Shown: piece by piece, positions 29,599 to 38,403 of the stretch
Numbering within the stretch: position 1 is the stretch's first letter
How the letters are laid out: each line of letters starts with the position of its first letter
Assembly: GCA_045226315.1 (NCBI GenBank)
Contig: JBGVCF010000009.1
Location: forward strand, 16,684-80,683
DNA length: 64,000 nucleotides
Reading direction: 5' to 3'
DNA from: Candidatus Cryptobacteroides sp.
GTDB taxonomy: Bacteria; Bacteroidota; Bacteroidia; Bacteroidales; UBA932
Notes under the pieces: generated by a model
Told to the model about the DNA's origin: nothing
What the model saw: the letters and a program-made list of their open reading frames with translations, nothing else
Database searches by the model: none
Made by a program: the position numbers and the translations under genes

Positions 29599-30533
29599 AA
29601 TACATCTATATCATCAATGGACGGGCCGACAAAGCTCCCCAATACCAGGAGTTCTTCGAGCAACTGAAGGAAATCTCTCACCCGCACGAGGTTTACACCA
29701 CCCTGGGTGAAGGAGATGCCACGCGCTATGTCCGCCTCTACTGCGACCTTCATCCGGAGGAAGAGGTTTGCTTTGTGGCCTGCGGTGGCAACGGTATTAT
29801 CAACGGCGTCGCTTCCGGTCTGGTAGGCTACATGTATTCCGATGATCCGCTAGCCAGGGAATGCGATAACAAAACCATCGCCATCCTTTATTTCGCCGGA
29901 GCAACGGAGGATTTCATCATCAACTTCCCCGGTCGCAACTTCCGCAGCGTAAAGGAAATGCTGGCGGGTACCGTAACCCCCACGGACGTTATCCAGGTCA
30001 ATGACAGCTACTGCCTCAACGTCTGTAACATCGGCTTTAATTCCAAGGTGGCATCCCGTGCCAACGAGCTTGTCGCCAAGGGAAAATCGGCCCACGAAGC
30101 CTACACGCGGGGTGTGATCAATGCCATCCTTACCAGCCGTTTCAACCGCATTAAGATTACGGCCGACGGCGAACGCATAGCCCGCGGCCCCATGGTACTC
30201 TGCACTGTGGCCAACGGACAGCGCGTGGGTGGCGAATTCAACTGCGCACCTAACGCGAAGGTGGACGACGGCCTTATGGATGTGTGTTACTTCCGCGCCA
30301 TGAGCCTCCTCCGGCTCCTGTTGCTGATTCCCCTCTACCGCAGTGGTCAGCACATCGGCAGCCGCCCCGGCAAGAACAAAGTTCTGTACCGTCAGGCCCG
30401 CGAGGTGGTTATCAGCAGCAAGGATCTCATTGACATCTATCTGGATGGCGAACAGCTCCCCGGCTCCCAATTCCATCTCAAGATACTGCCGGGAGCGCTG
30501 CCCCTCCGCCTGCCCAAAGCGGAATCAGTTTAA
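29595..30533 (+). CDS. Diacylglycerol-kinase/YegS-family protein with degenerate motifs
   Basis: IING, VACGGNG, NVCNIGFNS, ANGQRVGG, APNAKVDDGLMDV and YLDGE. Confidence 0.75.
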   Translation: MKYIYIINGRADKAPQYQEFFEQLKEISHPHEVYTTLGEGDATRYVRLYCDLHPEEEVCFVACGGNGIINGVASGLVGYMYSDDPLARECDNKTIAILYFAGATEDFIINFPGRNFRSVKEMLAGTVTPTDVIQVNDSYCLNVCNIGFNSKVASRANELVAKGKSAHEAYTRGVINAILTSRFNRIKITADGERIARGPMVLCTVANGQRVGGEFNCAPNAKVDDGLMDVCYFRAMSLLRLLLLIPLYRSGQHIGSRPGKNKVLYRQAREVVISSKDLIDIYLDGEQLPGSQFHLKILPGALPLRLPKAESV

Positions 30534-30738
30534 ACCCTGGACGCCCTATTACTCCATGATCAACGGTCTGATTACCGAAATTGGCTCTTCCCTGTCACAC
30601 GGAGCGGTGGTGGCGCGCGAATATGGTCTCCCCACCATCGTCAATGTAAAAGGAGCCACCCAACTGTTGAAAAATGGGGACCACATTGTGATGAATGCCA
30701 CAAAAGGTACCATTATCAAAAAAGCCCGGCCAATATAG
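30534..30738 (+). pseudogene. 3' remnant of a PEP-utilising enzyme (phospho-His swivel domain)
   Basis: WTPYYSMINGLITEIGSSLSHGAVVAREYGLPTIV...GD...NATKG. The N-terminal part of the domain is absent. In-frame ATG at 30556. Confidence 0.75.
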
Positions 30739-30744
30739 CCGGGC
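30723..30744. terminator. Hairpin between convergent units
   Basis: GCCCGGC-caatata-GCCGGGC. Confidence 0.5.
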
Positions 30745-30764
30745 TCTAATGAAATAGCAATAGC

Positions 30765-31172
30765 TTAGTAAGTTACAACGGGTTCCAGTTCCTTGGCAAG
30801 GTCGATGTACTTCTGGATTTCTTTCTCCACGGGAGTACGCTTGCAAAGGTGCTTGGCCTCGTTTACCTCCAGCATCTTGGCGGCCAGGTTGGCGGCGTTG
30901 CGGTTGCGGAGTTCCTTCACGGTGTCCACACCGGCGGCTTCCAGCAGTTCGGAGAACTGAGGGCCTACACCCTTGATGCGGAAAAGATCGGCGTGATTGA
31001 CCCAGGTGAGGATGAGATCGCCGCGAATACCGGTTTTCTCTTCCAGAGCCTTGCGGCCCTTAGGGCAAGCGCCGGCCTCCAGGAGCTGAGGAACGGTTTC
31101 GATGCCAACAGCAATCAGTTTTTCGGCGTAAACAGGGCCGATACCTTGGATGTCGATGATTTTATAAGCCAT
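30765..31172 (-). CDS. DUF4332 domain protein (helix-hairpin-helix)
   Basis: IQGIGP, WVNHADLFRIKGVGPQFSELLEAAGVDTV and LAKELEPVVTY. Confidence 0.85.
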   Translation of the reverse strand: MAYKIIDIQGIGPVYAEKLIAVGIETVPQLLEAGACPKGRKALEEKTGIRGDLILTWVNHADLFRIKGVGPQFSELLEAAGVDTVKELRNRNAANLAAKMLEVNEAKHLCKRTPVEKEIQKYIDLAKELEPVVTY

Positions 31173-31281
31173 AGTATTTATTAATTAAAGGGTTATTTGT
31201 CGCTTTTCATCTTCAAAGATAAAAAAAATCGAGGAAAAAAGAAAATATTTTCATATATTTGTCCCGAGCGCGCAAAAAATT

Positions 31282-31743
31282 ATGGAATACCTGCCGTTGG
31301 ACAGCGAAAAGATTTATTTCTCTTCCGACTTATTAACACTGGACTGTGAAGATGGCCCGGTCACGCTCAGTTTAACGGAATGGCTCCATAAAGACCCGGT
31401 TCGCATCCACCGGATGATCGTCAAGGAAAAAGTCCTTCAGGTGGACCAGATGGAAGTGTTTGCTCCGCTGGTCTCCAAGCTCAGGAGAGCGGACTATGAG
31501 TACTACAAACGGATTACCGGTCTCAAGATGATCATCGACTTCCCCGGCTACAGTTCGGAAATCGAGGCCCGTATTCCCTACGACACCGATCCCATCGCTT
31601 TCTATAAATGGTGGCGCAAAGGCAAGAACGAACACCGCGTGTACCTCTCGCCCGCCTACCAATTCAAACTTTTCCAGAAAGTGTCCAAGATGGAACCCAA
31701 GGTCATGCTCAAAAAGGACATCGACTACGTAAAAAATTTCTAA
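31282..31743 (+). CDS. Hypothetical protein, 153 aa
   Basis: Host-like codon usage, TATATTTG promoter box just upstream, 4 nt before the RluA-family gene. No family recognised. Confidence 0.75.
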   Translation: MEYLPLDSEKIYFSSDLLTLDCEDGPVTLSLTEWLHKDPVRIHRMIVKEKVLQVDQMEVFAPLVSKLRRADYEYYKRITGLKMIIDFPGYSSEIEARIPYDTDPIAFYKWWRKGKNEHRVYLSPAYQFKLFQKVSKMEPKVMLKKDIDYVKNF

Positions 31744-31747
31744 TCCC

Positions 31748-32713
31748 ATGAAAATAGCAGTCCCCCGTGACGGCGCCCTTCTTGCGTCCCTATTCGAACT
31801 GCTACCCCAACAATCCCGCACCAGCGTCAAGAACATGCTCTCCAAGGGGCAGGTGGTGGTGAACGGGAAAAGTGTTACCGCGTTCGATTATCCGCTGAAA
31901 AAAGGCGACACCCTGGAAATCCTGCCCAAAGGCATCTCCATTGCCCGCGCCACCCGCACGGACGCCCGTGAGCAGGTGGAAAAGGCCGGCGTGAAAATTC
32001 TGTTCGAGGATGAGCATTATCTGGTAGTGGATAAACCATCCGGTATGCTCAGCGTATCTACGGCCCGAGGCAGTTCGGCCAAAAGCGGTCACAAGGAAAC
32101 CACCTTGTACGCCATCCTGAACGCCTATGTGAAGGTGAACAAGCGGATGGAGCGCAAGGAGGACCTCCTGAGCGGACGTGAACCGGACCGCAGCACGGCC
32201 AAGATATGGATTGTGCATCGTCTGGACAAGGGTACCTCCGGCGCCGTGATTTTCGCCAAGGACGAGCGAGCCAAAGACCTCCTGCAAAGCAAATGGAAGG
32301 AACTGGTGGCCGAACGGACCTATATCGCCTGGCTGGAAGGCAACGTGGAAAAAGACAGCGGAGCCGTGCAAAGCTGGCTGGTGGAGAGCCCCAAATCGCT
32401 CAAGATGTACTCCAGTCCCATCGAGGTAAAAGACGGCCAACTGGCCATTACGCATTATAAAGTCCTGCAACGCACCCGTCATTACACCCAGGCCGCTTTC
32501 TCCCTGGAGACGGGACGGAAGAACCAGATCCGCGTCCACGCGGCCGATCTGGGCCATCCCGTAGCCGGCGACGAAAAATACGGCGCACAAACCGACCCCA
32601 TCCATCGGCTGGCCCTTCACGCCGCCACACTGGTGTTCCGCAACCCCTATAGCCAGAAAATGGTACGCTGCAACTCTCCCCTCCCCGAATCCTTTGAACG
32701 ATTTGTAAGATGA
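31748..32713 (+). CDS. RluA-family pseudouridine synthase
   Basis: S4-like N-terminus, VDKPSGML, VHRLDKGTSG, ETGRKNQIRVH and GDEKYG. Confidence 0.92.
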   Translation: MKIAVPRDGALLASLFELLPQQSRTSVKNMLSKGQVVVNGKSVTAFDYPLKKGDTLEILPKGISIARATRTDAREQVEKAGVKILFEDEHYLVVDKPSGMLSVSTARGSSAKSGHKETTLYAILNAYVKVNKRMERKEDLLSGREPDRSTAKIWIVHRLDKGTSGAVIFAKDERAKDLLQSKWKELVAERTYIAWLEGNVEKDSGAVQSWLVESPKSLKMYSSPIEVKDGQLAITHYKVLQRTRHYTQAAFSLETGRKNQIRVHAADLGHPVAGDEKYGAQTDPIHRLALHAATLVFRNPYSQKMVRCNSPLPESFERFVR

Positions 32714-33579
32714 ACACCCCCACTGTCATAGCCCCCGAAAACCCTAAAGCCGCCGTGGTCCTGGTCCATGGCATGGCCGAGCATCAAAAACGCTACTTCC
32801 CTTTCATGACCTGGCTTTCGGAGCAAGGTTTCGCCTGTGTCATCAACGATTTACGTGGACATGGTGCCGACTGCCCCAAAGAAGACCTGGGTTTCTTCGG
32901 CAAGAAAGGTGACAAACAACTGGTGGAAGACACGCGGGAACTGGTGCTATGGACGCGCGGGCAGTATCCTGGCTGCAAGGTTTTCCTCTTCGGCCATAGC
33001 ATGGGCTCGCTCATCGTGCGCTGCTTTATCAAAAAGTATGATGCCGATATCGATGGCCTGGTGGTATGCGGCAGTCCCTCCAAGAATGCGGCCGCCGGTG
33101 TCGGCAAGCTGCTGGCGGGCTGTATCGGCCTGTTCAAAGGGGAGCATTACCGGCCGGAAATGATGGAGAAAATCTCCACCGGTGCCTATAACAAGAAATT
33201 CGCCGAAGAAGGGCTGGAAAACGCCTGGCTTTCCACCAACAAGGCCAATGTCATGGCCTACAACAACGACCCTCTCTGCGGTTTCCGCTTCACGGCCAAC
33301 GGCTACAAGGGGCTTATGGGCCTGATGGAAGAGTGCTACGACCCCGATGACTGGACCGTGGCCCAGCCTGCCCTTCCCATACACTTTATCGCCGGCGGCG
33401 ATGACCCTTGCATTGCCTCAGTGAAAAAATTCTCGGAGGCGGTCAGTTTCCTGCGCAAACGTGGCTATCAGACAGTTACCAGCCAGGTCTATCCCGGCCT
33501 GCGCCACGAAATCCTGAATGAACTGGGCAAGGAAGCCATCTGGCGCGACGTATTCTCCATCCTCCAATCCTGGGTATGA
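32710..33579 (+). CDS. Alpha/beta hydrolase (lysophospholipase-like)
   Basis: VHGMAEH, DLRGHG, GHSMGS nucleophile elbow and RHEILNE. Confidence 0.9.
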   Translation: MNTPTVIAPENPKAAVVLVHGMAEHQKRYFPFMTWLSEQGFACVINDLRGHGADCPKEDLGFFGKKGDKQLVEDTRELVLWTRGQYPGCKVFLFGHSMGSLIVRCFIKKYDADIDGLVVCGSPSKNAAAGVGKLLAGCIGLFKGEHYRPEMMEKISTGAYNKKFAEEGLENAWLSTNKANVMAYNNDPLCGFRFTANGYKGLMGLMEECYDPDDWTVAQPALPIHFIAGGDDPCIASVKKFSEAVSFLRKRGYQTVTSQVYPGLRHEILNELGKEAIWRDVFSILQSWV

Positions 33580-34292
33580 GTGCCTTTGCCCGCACGGAAC
33601 GCCTGCTGGGGGCCGATGGTCTCCAAAAGCTGTCTGACGCCCGTGTCATCCTCTTGGGCGTAGGCGGCGTAGGCGGTTGGTGCGCAGAGGCTCTGGTACG
33701 CAGCGGTCTGGGACATCTTACCCTGGTGGATCCAGACCTGGTGGATGTGACCAACATCAACCGGCAGCTCCCCGCCACCACCCGTACGGTGGGCCAGCCA
33801 AAAGTAGAAGTATTGAAGGAAAGATTATTGGAAATCAATCCTTTATGCGATATAACGGCCTTACAAGCGCGCTATGAAAAAGGGGCCGATTTCGATCTGG
33901 CATCCTACGATTGTATCATCGACGCCATTGATTCCCTCACCGATAAAGCCAACCTGATCCTGGAGGCATCGGCCTGTCCCGGAGCCTTTTTCTCCTCCAT
34001 GGGCGCCGCCTGCAAGATGGATCCCACCAAGGTGCGCGTGGCCGAATTCTTCCAGGTGCGCGGCTGTCCGCTGGGTGCAGCGCTCCGCAAACGGTTAAGA
34101 AAAAACGGCACGCTGCCCGCGAAGCCGTTCCTGTGTGTCTATGACGAAGAAGTGCTGCCCAATCTGGGACCTGAACAGGACCCCGGCCCGGGGAAAGCCA
34201 TAGCCAACGGAACCCTGGCGCCCGTCACGGGCATCTTCGGCTTCACGCTGGCCGGACTGGTCATTCAGCACATCGTGGGCAAATCCCCTTAA
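33576..34292 (+). CDS. tcdA: ThiF-family tRNA threonylcarbamoyladenosine dehydratase
   Basis: GVGGVGGW, VDVTNINRQ, DAIDS and SSMGAACK. Confidence 0.85.
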   Translation: MSAFARTERLLGADGLQKLSDARVILLGVGGVGGWCAEALVRSGLGHLTLVDPDLVDVTNINRQLPATTRTVGQPKVEVLKERLLEINPLCDITALQARYEKGADFDLASYDCIIDAIDSLTDKANLILEASACPGAFFSSMGAACKMDPTKVRVAEFFQVRGCPLGAALRKRLRKNGTLPAKPFLCVYDEEVLPNLGPEQDPGPGKAIANGTLAPVTGIFGFTLAGLVIQHIVGKSP

Positions 34293-34662
34293 GCAGATAA
34301 CTGGATTCCTCTACCTGATACCCTTCCGGTGCCTGCACCGGAGGGATTGGCGTACCCTCCAGGCAATAGGTGTTGTGGCATTTGACACAATAAAAGTGGA
34401 CGTGAAGGTCGTCGTCGTGGTCGGCGTGCATGCTGTGGCAGAGCTCATAGCGCACAGGATCACCCTCCAGCATGTGAACCAGATGGGCCGACCGGAAAGC
34501 CGTGAGCGCACGGAACACACCGCTCTTGTCGATGGTGTCCAGCCGCTCTTCCAGCTCCATCAGGGACAAGGGACGGCCGGCCTCTTCCAAGGCACGGGCG
34601 ATGCGAAGACGATTGGCCGTAATCTTCACGCCATGCTGTTCCAGCAACTGCTCCAGATTCAT
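34261..34662 (-). CDS. Fur-family transcriptional regulator
   Basis: GVKITANR, IDKSGVFRAL, HVHFYCVKC and CPRC. Confidence 0.88.
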   Translation of the reverse strand: MNLEQLLEQHGVKITANRLRIARALEEAGRPLSLMELEERLDTIDKSGVFRALTAFRSAHLVHMLEGDPVRYELCHSMHADHDDDLHVHFYCVKCHNTYCLEGTPIPPVQAPEGYQVEESSYLLKGICPRCAE

Positions 34663-35849
34663 AGGAGTTCCTCCAAAACGGCCTTCCAGTGCCCTGGAAG
34701 GATGATATGGTGGTTGCCGATAGGACAGGTCAGGAAATACCGGGCATCTTCCGGCTTGAGCTGCAGCATCACCTGCGTACGGCACAGATTGTCTTCGTAC
34801 TGGTTATACAGCAGTTCCCCTTCGGCCACAAAGTGACGGTCCAGTTTGCCGGACAGTTTAAACACTGTCACCGGACCTTCCGGCAGTTCGCCGTGGATAC
34901 CCACGCCAATGCCGGACTCGAAATGAGTATCGTACTGCCATTTCCCCACCATGTTGAACGGAACGGTGCAATGGGCGAAAAGCATCTGGCCCGTTTCTAT
35001 GTCAATCCGGGCGGGATTGGCCTGGAAGCCCGAAAAACCGGTCACAGCCTGAGCCACCATCATGGATAGAAGCGCCGGGACATCGCCTTCGCAGGATACT
35101 GGTAGGCCATCCGCGTTGAAGGAAGCCAGTGCCAGGCAGCCGGTATTGCCCACCGCCGTTAGCAAATCGAAGCAGCGAAGCGTAAAGGCCGATAATCCAT
35201 GCCGCTCCACCAGCTTTTCCAGCGCATGGTAAATCTGGGTAGCGCCGGGATAGGCCTTGCGGACGGCCGGAGCCATGGGTTCATCGGCCGGAGCCTCGTT
35301 TTGCTGTGCCCGGGGGATTTCCAGCAGCAACTCTTCCATGGGGATTTCTACCAGAGAAGCCCCCAACTTGTCCTTGATGGCCATGGGATCGGCCTGGCTG
35401 GCGATGAGCCAGTCCGAGGGCTGCCCCACCACGCCGATACGGGCACCCTGCAGTTTAGCACGGGCCTGGGATACCAGTTCCAACGTTTGGATTCGTTCCT
35501 GCAGATAGGCGGGGCTGCCGTGCAACACCTCGCCCTTAAGTCCCTGCTGCTGCAGATAGGAAAGGATCTCCAGCGAAGCCGCCAGGGAGTTGCTCTTTCC
35601 AGAAGTGAGCAGATAGAAACGGCCGATTCCGCGCGCCCGCATTTCGGGAAGCAGGCCCTTGAAAATGCCTTCTGCGCCACCGGTGCGCACATAAATCAGG
35701 TCCAGCGTATGGGTGCCGAAGTCTGAGAAATCGGCCCCTTTATACAAAAAACCTCCCTCGGGGAAAACCCCCTTCAGGAAGGTATCGCTGAGCCGGGAAA
35801 CGGATTGCTCATCGTGCAAGCCGGAGGTGATGGTATAAATTGCAATCAT
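34659..35849 (-). CDS. L-fucose/L-arabinose isomerase-like protein
   Basis: TLRCFDLL, GCLA, SCEGD and FAHCTVP, with a C-terminal region typical of FucI-like proteins. Confidence 0.6.
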   Translation of the reverse strand: MIAIYTITSGLHDEQSVSRLSDTFLKGVFPEGGFLYKGADFSDFGTHTLDLIYVRTGGAEGIFKGLLPEMRARGIGRFYLLTSGKSNSLAASLEILSYLQQQGLKGEVLHGSPAYLQERIQTLELVSQARAKLQGARIGVVGQPSDWLIASQADPMAIKDKLGASLVEIPMEELLLEIPRAQQNEAPADEPMAPAVRKAYPGATQIYHALEKLVERHGLSAFTLRCFDLLTAVGNTGCLALASFNADGLPVSCEGDVPALLSMMVAQAVTGFSGFQANPARIDIETGQMLFAHCTVPFNMVGKWQYDTHFESGIGVGIHGELPEGPVTVFKLSGKLDRHFVAEGELLYNQYEDNLCRTQVMLQLKPEDARYFLTCPIGNHHIILPGHWKAVLEELL

Positions 35850-35875
35850 GAAAAAGATTTCTTACCTTTGTGCCC

Positions 35876-35972
35876 GGGAAAGTCTTACACGACCAGCTCC
35901 CTCTGAACTCCCCCAGGACAGGAATGTAGCAAGGGTAGGAGGTCGTAGCGGTGCGATGTAAGGGGCTTTCCC
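35876..35972 (+). ncRNA. ffs: SRP (4.5S) RNA
   Basis: Terminal stem GGGAAAGTC/GGCTTTCCC and domain IV CAGG-ACA-GGAA-TGT-AGCA. TTG-N20-TACCTTTG promoter (35840-35870) upstream, T7 tract downstream. Confidence 0.9.
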
Positions 35973-35977
35973 TTTTT

Positions 35978-36460
35978 TTATTCCATTTTGAGGCTGTCGA
36001 AGATGAAGGGCAGGATGTCGTCTACGCTGTAGAACTTACGGATACGTTTACTCCCCACCCAAATGGTCTTTAGCGGCCTTCCATGACGTTTCTGGGTTTC
36101 CGCCATTACCTGACGGCAGGCACCGCAAGGCGAAGCCGGGCTTTCGCAAAGCACGCCCTTGTCGCTTCCGGCAATGGCCAGGGTATCGGCCGCCAAATCC
36201 GGATAATTGGCACCGGCATAGAACAGAACCGTACGCTCCGCGCACAGTCCCGAAGGATAGGCGGCATTTTCCTGATTGGCACCCTTGATGATGGTACCGT
36301 CTTCCAGGCGCAAAGCTGCACCCACCTGAAAATGGGAATACGGGGAATAGGAGCCCTTCTGCGCCTCCAGGGCCAGGGTCACCAACTGCTGGTCTTCCGC
36401 GCTCATTTCCTGGACGGAAGCAAATTCCTCATAGTCGATGGAAAATCTCTTTTTACTCAT
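35978..36460 (-). CDS. cdd: Cytidine deaminase
   Basis: SYSPYSHFQVGAA, NQENAAYPSGLCAER and PCGACRQ. Confidence 0.93.
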   Translation of the reverse strand: MSKKRFSIDYEEFASVQEMSAEDQQLVTLALEAQKGSYSPYSHFQVGAALRLEDGTIIKGANQENAAYPSGLCAERTVLFYAGANYPDLAADTLAIAGSDKGVLCESPASPCGACRQVMAETQKRHGRPLKTIWVGSKRIRKFYSVDDILPFIFDSLKME

Positions 36461-36484
36461 GAACGCAATATAGTCAAATATTTC

Positions 36485-37486
36485 CTAATCTCCAAGCGTG
36501 GCCACCATCACGGCCTTGATGGTGTGCAGGCGGTTTTCGGCCTCGTCAAAGACAATGCTCTGCGGGCCTTCGAACACTTCTTCCGTCACCTCCAGGCCAT
36601 CCAGGCCGAATTTCTGATACAGTTCCTCCCCTACCTTGGTTTCGCGGTTGTGGTAGGCCGGCAGGCAATGCATGAACTTGCAGGCAGGATTTCCGGTACG
36701 GGCCATCAGGGAGGCATTCACCTGATAAGGCATCAGCAGGCCGATGCGTTCTTTCCAAACATTCTCAGGCTCTCCCATGGACACCCAGATATCCGTGTAC
36801 ACAAAGTCGCAGTCCTTCACACCTTCATCCACGTTGTCCGTGACGGTGATGCGGGCACCGGTCTGCGCCGCTATCTTTTGGCATTCCTCCTGGAGCCAGG
36901 CCGACGGCTGAAGTTCCTTGGGCGCCACCATGCGCACATCCATCCCCATTTTGGCGCCGCCCACCAGCAGCGAGTTACCCATGTTGAAACGGGCATCGCC
37001 CAGATAGGCGTAGCGGATCTGTTCCAGAGGTTTGGTACTATGCTCGGTCATGGTGAGGAAATCGGCCAGAATCTGTGTGGGATGGGCTTCATCGGTGAGG
37101 CCGTTCCAGACAGGGACCCCAGCAAAACGAGACAACTCCTCCACCGTTGTCTGGGCGAATCCACGATACTCGATGCCGTCGAACATGCGTCCCAGCACAC
37201 GCGCAGTGTCCTTCATGGACTCCTTGATGCCGATCTGGGAACCCGTGGGGCCCAGGTAGGTCACATGGGCGCCCTGGTCGTGGGCTGCAGTCTCAAAGGC
37301 GCAACGGGTGCGCGTGGAAGTCTTTTCGAAAATAAGGGCGATGTTCCGCCCCCGGAGATGTTGTACTTCCGTACCTGTTTTCTTAGCGTGCTTAAGGTCC
37401 CGTGCAAGGTCCAACAGATAACGGAGCTCCTCCGGACTAAAATCCAGCAGCTTCAGGAAACTGCGGTTTTTCAATGCGTTTTCCAT
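36485..37486 (-). CDS. argF: Ornithine carbamoyltransferase (canonical type)
   Basis: [32 protein letters not shown] and HCLP. Confidence 0.93.
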   Translation of the reverse strand: MENALKNRSFLKLLDFSPEELRYLLDLARDLKHAKKTGTEVQHLRGRNIALIFEKTSTRTRCAFETAAHDQGAHVTYLGPTGSQIGIKESMKDTARVLGRMFDGIEYRGFAQTTVEELSRFAGVPVWNGLTDEAHPTQILADFLTMTEHSTKPLEQIRYAYLGDARFNMGNSLLVGGAKMGMDVRMVAPKELQPSAWLQEECQKIAAQTGARITVTDNVDEGVKDCDFVYTDIWVSMGEPENVWKERIGLLMPYQVNASLMARTGNPACKFMHCLPAYHNRETKVGEELYQKFGLDGLEVTEEVFEGPQSIVFDEAENRLHTIKAVMVATLGD

Positions 37487-37488
37487 GA

Positions 37489-38403
37489 TTAATCTCTTAT
37501 TAAAGGAAGCGTAGAGCAGCGTAGAAGGCCGCCCATCTTGGATATTTCCCTATATGGAACGGTCTCCACCGTCATACCCCATTTGTCACGCAGATGGTGG
37601 ATGAGACGGGAGAAATGTTCCTCCACAACCACTATGTCCTCACTGATGGAAAAGATGTTGGAGTACATGGCATACATTTCTTCCGTAGTGAGTTCGAAGA
37701 CATTTTCTGCCCCGAAAATATCTATAAGGTGACCGGCGTCACGCGGATTCATGAATCCCCGCCGGTAAATGATGGCCTTGTCCCGTCCCACGGGCATAAA
37801 AGTACAGTCCAGGTGCAGGATGCCCTCGTAAGGATCCGTATCGCTTTTTAACAGATTCAGCGGCAGAATGGTCCGTTCCGGAAAAATCATGCGAAGATAA
37901 TCTACGGCCAGCCGGTTGGTACGCGCCGTCTTCACCTGTGCATAATCCGGAAAATTATACTGCCCCAGAAAGATATACTGCTTGTACAGAATCACATCAC
38001 CGCCTTCCACGTGGACAGACTCCGGCAGATTATAGATTTGTTTATAATGGATTTGCCGATAGATATCTTCGTAGGCGTCGATTTCTTCCTGGCGTTCCGG
38101 AATGATGTTGGAGACGATGATCTTGTCATCGATTACGAATCCCACGTCCCGGGAAAAAACCTGATTACAGTTCTTCACCAGCCGGGGACGATACACATCC
38201 ACATCGTACTTCTTAAGGATAGATTCGAAAGCACACATCTCACGAACCATATCCTCTTCAAGCGGATAGACACCATGCAAAACCGATTCATAGGACTTAC
38301 TGTCGAAGGTCTGATCCAGTGAAGGGGTGGCTCCCGACGAAATGGGAAGTCCCAGGACAACCGCCCTTAAACGTCCCGTTTCAGATGTGATGTGCAAATT
38401 CAT
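37489..38403 (-). CDS. Amidinotransferase/arginine-deiminase-family protein
   Basis: [22 protein letters not shown] and [10 protein letters not shown]. Confidence 0.85.
   Translation of the reverse strand: MNLHITSETGRLRAVVLGLPISSGATPSLDQTFDSKSYESVLHGVYPLEEDMVREMCAFESILKKYDVDVYRPRLVKNCNQVFSRDVGFVIDDKIIVSNIIPERQEEIDAYEDIYRQIHYKQIYNLPESVHVEGGDVILYKQYIFLGQYNFPDYAQVKTARTNRLAVDYLRMIFPERTILPLNLLKSDTDPYEGILHLDCTFMPVGRDKAIIYRRGFMNPRDAGHLIDIFGAENVFELTTEEMYAMYSNIFSISEDIVVVEEHFSRLIHHLRDKWGMTVETVPYREISKMGGLLRCSTLPLIRD

Noticed and set aside
30529-30535. TTTAAAC, a classic -1 slippery heptamer, at the DAGK stop
   Set aside because: It is not in the X XXY YYZ register of the DAGK frame, and the downstream homology is in the +1 frame.
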